64,000 nt of DNA from a virus: the IMG/VR virus record IMGVR_UViG_3300032315_000647, positions 50,746 to 114,745 of that record; one strand, written 5' to 3'. The position numbers and the translations under genes were made by a program. The notes under the pieces were generated by a model, which did no database searches, was not told the origin of the DNA, and was given only the letters and a program-made list of their open reading frames with translations. Shown here piece after piece: positions 46,396 to 55,043 of the stretch. Each line of letters opens with the position of its first letter. Positions within the stretch are counted from its first letter, which is position 1.

Positions 46396-47571
46396 TTACG
46401 GAATCAGAGTGCTAGTGGTAGTGGTTGTGCTAGTAGGAGTGCTACTAGTAGTCGTTGTGGTTGTAAGACACGGTCCATTTTGACTAACAACTGTACCAAG
46501 AGCTGCTTCAAGAACTGCCTCAATAGCAGTTTCCATAGTGCTACCTTTTTCAACAGCAATAATCACCATGCTATCTTCCTTGATGTAATCACCCCAGCTG
46601 TACACAGATTTGTCATACTCGTTGAACTTGATGTAATAAGTGCTGTACGTAGTACCGTCACTTACCCAGCTTTCAAAGTTCTCGTTATAACCATTCATCC
46701 TGTACAAATGCTTGAGGTAACCAGCCTGATAGCTGTAGTAGTTCTTCTCAAGTTGTGCAATTTCTGCAGAAGTACCAGTGGCATAGTTAGAACGCTGAAC
46801 AATAACAGGATTTGCAACAATGTTACAAGCATCTGTTACAATGAAGTCAGCAGTGGTTGCAGGTCCACTGTACACAAATGTACGGAACCACATCCTGTCA
46901 TACTCGTAAGGAAATGCTGCAATGTCGCAAGGCTGAGCATACTTAGTGAGTGGCTTAGCAGAAATGCGGAGAATAGCATTTGCATTATTACCAATGCGCT
47001 GAAAACTGTAGAAATCAGAGAAGGTAATGTTGTCAGGATTGATGCCAGGACCCTGGAGGCTGAAATGATAGATGATATCATCAATCAGAGCAGGAACATC
47101 AACCAGATCACAAGGATCACCACCGCAATCGCAACAAGGAGCTTGTACAGTTACAGAGCGAGTGAAACCATTGAAATACAGAGTATCCAGATAGGAAGAA
47201 TGTGCACGGAGAGTAACAGTTACAACCTCACCACACTTTACATTCCAATCAGTAACATCTGTAATCTGAGTGACAGGCGTAGGACAACCATCCACCTTGT
47301 ACCATTCAGTTACATTGCTCTTACAACCAGAACCAGACGGACAGCCTTTAATCTTATCGGAACGCTTAGAGCCTTGCAGATAAGTGTTTGTACGGCCCTG
47401 CGCAATATAAAAATAGGGAGCAGCAGCAATGTTACCAGCTGTTGCAAGACTGTAGTCATTACGGTAAATACCAACGTGACCAGCAGTGAGAAGTTGCGTA
47501 GATCCAGAGCTAGGGAGCGCAGTTTGCCCTACTGGTACTACGAAGAGAGTAGTTAATGAAAAATCAGCCAT
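46396..47571 (-). CDS. Auxiliary capsid protein-like (crAss type) with Thr-rich C-terminal tail
   Basis: 391 aa; synteny; strong codon bias like the MCP; ends TTTTTSSTPTSTTTTTSTLIP. Confidence 0.6.
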   Translation of the reverse strand: MADFSLTTLFVVPVGQTALPSSGSTQLLTAGHVGIYRNDYSLATAGNIAAAPYFYIAQGRTNTYLQGSKRSDKIKGCPSGSGCKSNVTEWYKVDGCPTPVTQITDVTDWNVKCGEVVTVTLRAHSSYLDTLYFNGFTRSVTVQAPCCDCGGDPCDLVDVPALIDDIIYHFSLQGPGINPDNITFSDFYSFQRIGNNANAILRISAKPLTKYAQPCDIAAFPYEYDRMWFRTFVYSGPATTADFIVTDACNIVANPVIVQRSNYATGTSAEIAQLEKNYYSYQAGYLKHLYRMNGYNENFESWVSDGTTYSTYYIKFNEYDKSVYSWGDYIKEDSMVIIAVEKGSTMETAIEAVLEAALGTVVSQNGPCLTTTTTTSSTPTSTTTTTSTLIP

Positions 47572-47598
47572 TTTGCTTTATTTTAATGATTAAGAAAA

Positions 47599-48330
47599 CT
47601 ATTCGTTTGTTTGTATTCTGAGTTGTGCACTTTGGACAGCAGCAACATTCTCAGTGTACATTGCGAGGTTTTGAACTGTCAAGTCTACTAATTCATCCTC
47701 TAGATAGAGCTCAAGTTCGCAGTCTTGGTTTACTGAGTCAGTTCCATCGAATTTTATATATCCCTCTTTATCAATGTACACAGGATATCGCATGTAAGAC
47801 ATGTAAACTTCACTTGGTGTAAATGTACCATCTGTGAAGACACTTATCTCATCTGTCGAAAGGAAGTTGAAAGTCTCTTGATATTCAAAGCTTGGTTTGT
47901 AATGATCATTGTTCAGAATAAACTGAAGATCACCATGTTTAGCCAAATCTCTGTTTATCCAGATCTTTCTATCTTTACACACACCTTTGTCAGCCAATAT
48001 GTAACTATCAATGTAGAACATATATTTTGGCTGAAGAGCATGCAAATAAGCAAACCACTGATTTAGTTCTTTATTCTTAAGGGTGAGCTTAAGAGGTTGA
48101 TGGTTGTAGGGCATAACCAAGCTTTGTAGGTCTTCATAACGCTTCTTAAAAGCATCAAGTCCCATTCCACTCACTACACTAAAACCATCAACCTTTTGTT
48201 TTATCAGCTTAATTTGGGCTTCATTCAAAGCCAAAATTTTATCTTCTAAATTAATTTGCTGGTGTACGTTGGTTGACAGTTTATTTAGTTTCTGATCAAT
48301 CTTATATAATAAACTGTCTACCTGTATCAT
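47599..48330 (-). CDS. Tail ring protein (crAss conserved structural gene)
   Basis: 243 aa; LALNEAQIKLIK, YMSYMRYP and CELELYLEDELVDLTV motifs; synteny. Confidence 0.6.
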   Translation of the reverse strand: MIQVDSLLYKIDQKLNKLSTNVHQQINLEDKILALNEAQIKLIKQKVDGFSVVSGMGLDAFKKRYEDLQSLVMPYNHQPLKLTLKNKELNQWFAYLHALQPKYMFYIDSYILADKGVCKDRKIWINRDLAKHGDLQFILNNDHYKPSFEYQETFNFLSTDEISVFTDGTFTPSEVYMSYMRYPVYIDKEGYIKFDGTDSVNQDCELELYLEDELVDLTVQNLAMYTENVAAVQSAQLRIQTNE

Positions 48331-49295
48331 ACTGCAGCTAATTTCTTAGTTTTTAGTTTTCCTTCAAGAGTGAGAAGCAAATCTTGATTATCATCATCAG
48401 AGAGTTGTTTAATTAGATCGTCCTCATCTTTTGCTATTTCAAACTCACCTTCATATATCTTACCGTTAGGTTTAAGTCTATATATAGAGTGAGCAATTGC
48501 TTGTTTCACCAAATCCTTGATATGGAGTAAGTTATCCTTCATGTCAGCAAAGCGTGTGAACACTTCGACAGGATTAAGTCCTTGATACTTACCGTTTTTA
48601 AATTCGGTTTGTTTGAGAACATTATCTACAAGATTGTAAACTGCTTCCTCTTTAGTATCATCAGTTACAGGTAGTCCCAACAAGCGTGCAACTTTCCTTT
48701 TTCTCTCAGGAGTCATGCTGTCAAACTTGACAATTGCCTTGTTAATGAGTTGTTTCTTCTTAAACAGAACAGCATTTTCAAGCTCATCATCAGCTACATA
48801 AAACTGTGAATCTGCAGGATATTCACCCCTCTCCCACGCTTGATAAGAGCTTGCGATAGTAGGGTGAACTCGTAACCAAGAAAAAGCTAGTTCTTGAAAA
48901 GGAATGGACAGATCAAAGAAGTTATCACCATCCAAAAGCTTAACAGGTTGAACATGCAATGTGTCATTTGTAGATGTAGACAGTCCGTAATTCCAGAAAG
49001 TTGAACGAGGACCAAGATCAATATCTCCAAGAGCAGCTTGCAATTTAGCTTTCAACTTTGTAACACGCTCAATTTCCATTTCTCTTTCCAAAGGATCTTG
49101 AATTCTACGGATGTATGCAGCATCAGGATCTATTCCAGTTCTGTATTTACCATCCAACTCTTTGTAAGGATATTTGAAAACTCCTGTTCCAGGAATACGT
49201 GTTAATCCTTTCAAAGAAAGTCCACCTTGCATCGTTTGAAGCTGAGAGTTGTTATACTCTTTCTTAATTGTTGAGATTTTACCTAACTTACCCAT
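48327..49295 (-). CDS. Conserved crAss-like protein downstream of the MCP
   Basis: 322 aa; invariant position after the MCP in crAss-like phages. Confidence 0.6.
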   Translation of the reverse strand: MGKLGKISTIKKEYNNSQLQTMQGGLSLKGLTRIPGTGVFKYPYKELDGKYRTGIDPDAAYIRRIQDPLEREMEIERVTKLKAKLQAALGDIDLGPRSTFWNYGLSTSTNDTLHVQPVKLLDGDNFFDLSIPFQELAFSWLRVHPTIASSYQAWERGEYPADSQFYVADDELENAVLFKKKQLINKAIVKFDSMTPERKRKVARLLGLPVTDDTKEEAVYNLVDNVLKQTEFKNGKYQGLNPVEVFTRFADMKDNLLHIKDLVKQAIAHSIYRLKPNGKIYEGEFEIAKDEDDLIKQLSDDDNQDLLLTLEGKLKTKKLAAV

Positions 49296-49320
49296 ATGTA
49301 GTTTTTGTTTATTTGGTTTA

Positions 49321-49461
49321 TTTGCAGAGTGTCCCCTTTAACGGGCAGTGCTTACAGACACATATCTGTTACACGCACTCTGTGATTGAGAAGAGCTCCC
49401 CCACAGGGATTGTGGGGGGTACTCTCTTCTCGGTATTGGGTCTAGGAATACTATTCCTAGA
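49321..49461 (-). promoter_or_regulatory. Multi-hairpin intergenic element after the MCP gene (terminator/attenuator/stabiliser)
   Basis: TCTAGGAATA-C-TATTCCTAGA (49441-49461); CCCCCACA..TGTGGGGG hairpin; CAGAGTG...CACTCTG enclosing two small stems. Confidence 0.6.
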
Positions 49462-49469
49462 GAGGATCC

Positions 49470-51023
49470 TTAGAACTGCGGGATCTCTTCAATCAAGACT
49501 GTGCGAGACAGATCTTCAATGAATACATCACAACGGTCTTTCATCCAGATTTCATAACCAGGGAACTTGTTGGCAGAGCTCATACCTTGAGACTTAGCAA
49601 AGCCCAGGTGATGACGAGTACCATCAATATAACCCCAAGTCATAGAAGGCGCACCCTTCATACGAACTTCACGGATGTTGTTAACCAGAGAACCATCAGA
49701 CATCGGAGATACGTCAAACACCATGAATACAGGGGTAGACTTCTTATTCTGACCAAATTCCAGGTTAGTTTGAGGCAGATCAAGTTCCTTCAGGTGAATC
49801 AGTTCAACACGACCAGTCTCACGAGTAACCATTGCATCGAATGCAAAGTTGTAAGTGATGTGTTGACCTTCGCCTTGCATGTAACGGTTACCGCTATCAG
49901 CCATGAAGGTAAGACCGCTATTCAAAGCGTCATTCTTCAAAGCCTGCTGGAACACATCAAAGCCTGCTTCATTGGTGTACATTTTAACCCTACGGTCTTT
50001 AACATCCACCCTACGATAGAACAGATCACCAAATACAGAACGAATCAGATTTGCAGTGAATTCACCACGGTTGTACTGAACAAGGTTACCGTTGTTACGC
50101 ATCCTGTGATATACACCAGCAGACGTGCGCTTAACTTCTTGCTTAGAACCATTGGTCTTAACAGTACCTGGACGAGACCAAATCATACGCTTAACTTTCA
50201 GTTCAAGCATAGACTTACGCATCCAGAACTCAATGAACGGTTCCCACTTAACATCGTTACGAGTGAGAGGGAGCTGGTTCCTACGCTGAGGAGCATATAC
50301 CAGAATATCCAAAGGACGACCAGAACTATCACGCATCATTTTGTCATCAGCCCACTCAGTGATCTTATGCTCAAAACCATAAGCACTACCGAGGGATTCA
50401 AACATAGTGATTTGCTCACCCAGACGAGGAAGACCAAGCAGATCCTGATCAAACTCACCAATTGCAGCATCTACCAGCTCAAGTTCAATACCAACTTGCA
50501 GGAAGGTGGGGCTTACAAAATCCACAGTGGGATTGTCAGTCACCAGGGTGAAGCTATAAAGGTAGCCCATGTTCCAAGGAACAGGATCCTTAATAACATA
50601 AAAACGAGGACCATACTGGCGAGAACCAACAGAAACGATTGCATTCTTAGAGAATTCGTTAGTGTCAATAACCAATTGGAACTCTTGACCATCAATACCA
50701 GGCTTGTCCAAATCAAGCGTAGACTGGGGAACATCAATGATCTTGGGGAATTTGTACGGAACAGCTACTTGCCACTTCCACGCATCACTATTGTTGTCAA
50801 TGTAATACGGAGTGGACTTGTTGATCATGTCAAGAAAGTCGTTACTGTACAGAGAGCTCTGAGTATAGAGACTGATGATCTTCTTATCGTAATCAGCAGG
50901 CTCAGTTGAGTGAAAGCTCTCCAGGTGGTTAGCGTCCGTTAGCTTACCTACAGCACGCTTGTCCATAGAAGCAACACGAGCATACGTGAAGCCAGTTAGA
51001 CCTGGGATTGTTTGAATTGCCAT
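49470..51023 (-). CDS. Major capsid protein (crAss-like HK97 fold)
   Basis: 517 aa; after portal and scaffold; strongly biased codon usage; conserved-looking GVYHRMRNNGN and YTNEAGF segments. Confidence 0.85.
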   Translation of the reverse strand: MAIQTIPGLTGFTYARVASMDKRAVGKLTDANHLESFHSTEPADYDKKIISLYTQSSLYSNDFLDMINKSTPYYIDNNSDAWKWQVAVPYKFPKIIDVPQSTLDLDKPGIDGQEFQLVIDTNEFSKNAIVSVGSRQYGPRFYVIKDPVPWNMGYLYSFTLVTDNPTVDFVSPTFLQVGIELELVDAAIGEFDQDLLGLPRLGEQITMFESLGSAYGFEHKITEWADDKMMRDSSGRPLDILVYAPQRRNQLPLTRNDVKWEPFIEFWMRKSMLELKVKRMIWSRPGTVKTNGSKQEVKRTSAGVYHRMRNNGNLVQYNRGEFTANLIRSVFGDLFYRRVDVKDRRVKMYTNEAGFDVFQQALKNDALNSGLTFMADSGNRYMQGEGQHITYNFAFDAMVTRETGRVELIHLKELDLPQTNLEFGQNKKSTPVFMVFDVSPMSDGSLVNNIREVRMKGAPSMTWGYIDGTRHHLGFAKSQGMSSANKFPGYEIWMKDRCDVFIEDLSRTVLIEEIPQF

Positions 51024-51049
51024 TTTTTAACCCTTTTGTTTATTAAAAT

Positions 51050-52315
51050 TTATAAGAACCATGAATTTTGTTTAGATGGCTGACTACCACTGCTTGGTGA
51101 CTTAGTACGAGTGACTTGTCTAGCAACTTCCCCAAACAGTTCATTGGATTTCTTTGAAACCCCTGTTTTCTGGATGGTGGATAGAGTTGGGTCTTTTTCA
51201 AGAATTTTTAGCAGTAGGGCAACCTTAACTTTTGTTGCATGGTTCTCAGGTCTCTTCAATTCCAAGATGGTTTTGTCGAAATCAGTGAGAGTTTCACCGC
51301 TTGCTGTTTTATACTTATCCACCAGCAGGAAGTCTTGTAGTTCGTTTGCCAACTTAGGATTGATGGGAATACCATCAAACTCTTTTGTTTTCAGTTTGTC
51401 CTGTAGGACTTGCTGAACATTCTGGATGTATTGGTTTTTAACTGCTTGTTTCTGTTGAAGCTCTTGTTCAGCCCTCTGTTCCATTTGAGCGAGTTTTTGG
51501 GCTTCCTTTTTAACCAACACTTTATGATGTTTTGTAGCTACGGTTTCCAGATCACCATAGTTCTTCAGCCTTTCCACTTCTGTATCTACATCTTCCGCTT
51601 CAAAACCTTGATCAGAAAGAGCTTGCCTAATTACTGCCACTTGATTATTCTCTTGTGACAAATCCATTTCAGCAAAACTCACTACATTATTATATGTACC
51701 AAAATATTCTTTTGGACTAACTCCTTTTACGAATATAGCATCGAACGCTTGTTGATAGTCTTCGCCAAACTGACCAATGAAGTTTTGTACCATCTCAACA
51801 GCACCTTTCTTCTTCTCATTTTGAAAACGTTCAAGGAATGCTTCAGGAGTGGAGATATCTATATCATCTTCATCCTCATCCTTTGAGAAGACACCAAGTT
51901 TGAACAAGTCACGAGAAAGTGCGGTGAATTGATTAGTTTCATCATCCTCTTGTTCATCACCTGCAGGTTCTTTTGATTCAACTGCTTTTGCAGGTTTGGT
52001 GACAGGTTCATCATTATCATCATCATCTTCATCTCCATCATTGTCACCAAGAAAGTTTGAAATGAGGTCCTGAGCAGAAGGCTCTTTTCCATCTTCATTA
52101 GGAACAACTTCTTTTCCTTTGGGAACATCAGGTTTTTGAGATGGGGGAGGGTCTTGCACACCCTTCACGATTTCTTGTATAGTATCAGGACTACTTGTGG
52201 AAGTTTCAGGAGCCATTAAATCATTAATTAGCTCTGCACCTCCAGGTCCCACCATTTCCATAGTATTTTCAATACTAAAATTGCCGAATGACGGACTATC
52301 AAGGTTCTCAGCCAT
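51050..52315 (-). CDS. Acidic scaffold-like protein
   Basis: 421 aa; Asp/Glu-rich N-half and coiled-coil C-half; between portal and MCP. Confidence 0.65.
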   Translation of the reverse strand: MAENLDSPSFGNFSIENTMEMVGPGGAELINDLMAPETSTSSPDTIQEIVKGVQDPPPSQKPDVPKGKEVVPNEDGKEPSAQDLISNFLGDNDGDEDDDDNDEPVTKPAKAVESKEPAGDEQEDDETNQFTALSRDLFKLGVFSKDEDEDDIDISTPEAFLERFQNEKKKGAVEMVQNFIGQFGEDYQQAFDAIFVKGVSPKEYFGTYNNVVSFAEMDLSQENNQVAVIRQALSDQGFEAEDVDTEVERLKNYGDLETVATKHHKVLVKKEAQKLAQMEQRAEQELQQKQAVKNQYIQNVQQVLQDKLKTKEFDGIPINPKLANELQDFLLVDKYKTASGETLTDFDKTILELKRPENHATKVKVALLLKILEKDPTLSTIQKTGVSKKSNELFGEVARQVTRTKSPSSGSQPSKQNSWFL

Positions 52316-52347
52316 ATGTAGTTTATTTTATTTGGTTTATACGCCCG

Positions 52348-52420
52348 TAAAAGTATATTGATTGAGTTGAATAACAAAGAGTTATGTTATAATTACATTC
52401 GTTTTCAAATATAATATAGC
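52348..52420 (-). promoter_or_regulatory. Promoter for the scaffold-MCP unit (-7 TACTTTTA, -33 TTTG) plus ATAATATAGC box
   Basis: TAAAAGTA at 52348-52355, CAAA at 52375 (19-nt spacer), ATAATATAGC at 52411-52420. Confidence 0.55.
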
Positions 52421-52460
52421 ATTAATACATTCATTTACTATAATCAAGATTGTTTTTTAG

Positions 52461-55043
52461 TTATTTCTGTTTACTTGCTCTATTCTTAGCATTCATTTTT
52501 GCTATCTCAAGATCATTCTTTTGGTTCTCTCTAGCCACCTTCAACTTCTCTCTTTCAATCTCAAGCTTTTGAAGATTCTGAACATTCTTGGCTTGAATGT
52601 CTGCCATTTTGGTTTCATAATCTTTGCTTGTACGTGATTGCTCAGCTGTAAGTTTTTGAATCTCAAGTACATCAGGTACACCAGTTTGATCTGCATCTGT
52701 CAGAGGTCCTGATTTTGCTTCAGCAGCAATCAGAGCAATCTCTTTCTTATTTATCCTATCCAGCTCATTCTGGTAATTCTGATTTGCAATGTCTTGTTCT
52801 TTCTGAAGCATCGCTTGCTGCATTTGAGCAGCTGCAATCTCCCTCTGTTGTTCAATCTGCTGCTGTTGTTGTTGCATCTGCTGATCTTGCATTTGAATTT
52901 GCCTGTCTCGCAGATCTTTGAACACCTTCTTCATAGCCCTCATAGACTTAGTGCTGTAGAGTTCTATTACATCATACAAACTTCCACCATTCTGGATAAT
53001 GGCTTGAGACAATCCTCTAAGCTCATCGAACATTTGTTTATCTTCAGGACGATTTGTAAGGAACACTTTCAAATCACGAAACTTAAGATCAGACCCATTC
53101 ACTTGTACAAATGCACTTTCTCCTTCAGAAGTGATGTAAGAGAGCGTTGATTGGGGTTTTTTGCTTTCTGTGTAAAGAGCAGCATCAATAATAGCTTGAT
53201 AGAGTTGACCCATTACATATTCATGTGCCACAAACAGAGGTTCTGTTTGAGAATATGATTGTTGAACAGCAGCATTCACACCTGTAGCAGATTCACTAGC
53301 TGCAACAGATCCCATGCGCTGTCTAGTCATACCTACAAGTTCCCAACACTCACTCTTTAACTGTTGAGCAAGTGTGTAACGAGATTGAATCTCCTGTGTG
53401 CGTGTCATGTCAATATCCCTGAACTGATTAAATGAACTTGGACTCTTCAAGTTCTCAGGACTATCATCAATGAACACTACACCCCTATTACGAGCTTCCA
53501 TTTCCCAAATGTCAAGAGCATCTTGTGCATCACCATCCTTTGGAATAGGAATATGCCTGATAGACATCAATTGTACTTTACCTACCTCTTTCTCAAGAAG
53601 TTTGTAAAGCTGATTCATACAAACGTTATACAACACTTGGAAAGGTTTCATTAAGTCTACAAGACTCTTTGCTTCCGTGTTCTTCACCTCAAAGGTGGTT
53701 CCAATAATAGGACAATAATCAAGAAGTTTGAATGGTTTGATGTGATAGATGTCTGGACCAATCTTAATTCCCTGATACCATTGGTTTATCCATCCCCATT
53801 CCAAAGATTGTTGTGTAGGAATAGTTCCAGATTTGTAATTCTCATCTACAAGAATAGATTGTTCATTACCAAGCTCGTCTGTGTAAATCACCTTACCAAT
53901 CTTCTTCTTACTAATCCAATAGGATCTTACAACAACGTATTTATAACCAAATGAGCTTACGTTAGACGTAAGTCCCAAGAAGTCCTTCAACCCATCGTTG
54001 TTTTCTTTCATCTCACTCTCAATAATCATTCTTGTCTGAAGGACAAGAGGATCATAAGTGTCATACATCACTGAATCTATACCAGGAATTGCATCAGGGT
54101 TACCCAAGTTTGATTCCCTAACATTAATCAGTCCATAATCTTGCAGAGAGCTCCTGAGATGGTCAATTTCTTCTTTAGTGAGGTCAGGGATACTTTCAAT
54201 AATTTCTGAAAGTTCCATAACCTGAACTGTACCAGCGGCATAAGCCCCTTGAGCTCTACCTGTAGGATCAGAGATCCACTTACGATCAGGAGTTGTAAGA
54301 AACCAAGTGTTTTTTGGGTTAGCCACTTCAATGTTAAATCCAAGCTTTGAGTTGTCTTCATATATATGATAGAATTCTCTTCCAGATATCAGCATATCAC
54401 GAAATGCATCCTCTGATTTTTCTTTCAGATTGAATTCTGCTTTCTGACACGTAAGAACGTGATTTGCCCATTTTTCAGCAACAGATGTATAGCTGTCTAG
54501 AACATCCTTCACCTGATCCATGCTCATTTGCTGCAACTCTTCAGGATCAATTTCTTCACCATTCATAGCAGCTTGCTGCATCATTTTTTGCTTCACCTGA
54601 TTGATTACATATTGCTGAAGGATTTCAGTTTTGAACTGCAATTCTTCAGACTTACTGTCATCATCAAATGCTTTCACCCTGAATGTGTCAGGACGTTTTG
54701 TAATCTCACCCACCAATTCATTCACAGGTGTGGTCATAATGGAATACATCTTTACATATGCAGGAAGCTGTAAATCAGCAGTTAGCATATCTGTAAATGA
54801 CCTCACCTGGGGCTCTTGATAGAAGTCTTCCATTCTAAGAATACCTTTGATCAGGTCATAGTTTTTGACAAACGTATCCCTGTTCTTTACATACTCAGCA
54901 TATGCCTTGTTTGCAAAGTAGTCCATTGTATTCTTTATCCAACTCTCATCCTGTTTTTCTTTGTCAGTTTTAAACTGGTCAGGAAATATATTGAGATAGG
55001 CATACCTAATTGTAGCGTCTTTGGTATATCTAATAATTGCCAT
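52461..55043 (-). CDS. Portal protein
   Basis: 860 aa after TerL; FRDMLISGREFY, LVGMTRQRMG..ASESATGV and long Gln-rich C-terminal barrel typical of podovirus/crAss portals. Confidence 0.88.
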   Translation of the reverse strand: MAIIRYTKDATIRYAYLNIFPDQFKTDKEKQDESWIKNTMDYFANKAYAEYVKNRDTFVKNYDLIKGILRMEDFYQEPQVRSFTDMLTADLQLPAYVKMYSIMTTPVNELVGEITKRPDTFRVKAFDDDSKSEELQFKTEILQQYVINQVKQKMMQQAAMNGEEIDPEELQQMSMDQVKDVLDSYTSVAEKWANHVLTCQKAEFNLKEKSEDAFRDMLISGREFYHIYEDNSKLGFNIEVANPKNTWFLTTPDRKWISDPTGRAQGAYAAGTVQVMELSEIIESIPDLTKEEIDHLRSSLQDYGLINVRESNLGNPDAIPGIDSVMYDTYDPLVLQTRMIIESEMKENNDGLKDFLGLTSNVSSFGYKYVVVRSYWISKKKIGKVIYTDELGNEQSILVDENYKSGTIPTQQSLEWGWINQWYQGIKIGPDIYHIKPFKLLDYCPIIGTTFEVKNTEAKSLVDLMKPFQVLYNVCMNQLYKLLEKEVGKVQLMSIRHIPIPKDGDAQDALDIWEMEARNRGVVFIDDSPENLKSPSSFNQFRDIDMTRTQEIQSRYTLAQQLKSECWELVGMTRQRMGSVAASESATGVNAAVQQSYSQTEPLFVAHEYVMGQLYQAIIDAALYTESKKPQSTLSYITSEGESAFVQVNGSDLKFRDLKVFLTNRPEDKQMFDELRGLSQAIIQNGGSLYDVIELYSTKSMRAMKKVFKDLRDRQIQMQDQQMQQQQQQIEQQREIAAAQMQQAMLQKEQDIANQNYQNELDRINKKEIALIAAEAKSGPLTDADQTGVPDVLEIQKLTAEQSRTSKDYETKMADIQAKNVQNLQKLEIEREKLKVARENQKNDLEIAKMNAKNRASKQK

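Noticed and set aside
46480-50909. Long antisense ORFs (358 aa and 440 aa) over the auxiliary capsid and MCP genes
   Set aside because: Expected by-product of strong codon bias in highly expressed genes; no protein-like features
52790-52905. Poly-Gln tract in the portal
   Set aside because: Part of the usual C-terminal coiled-coil barrel of podovirus-type portals
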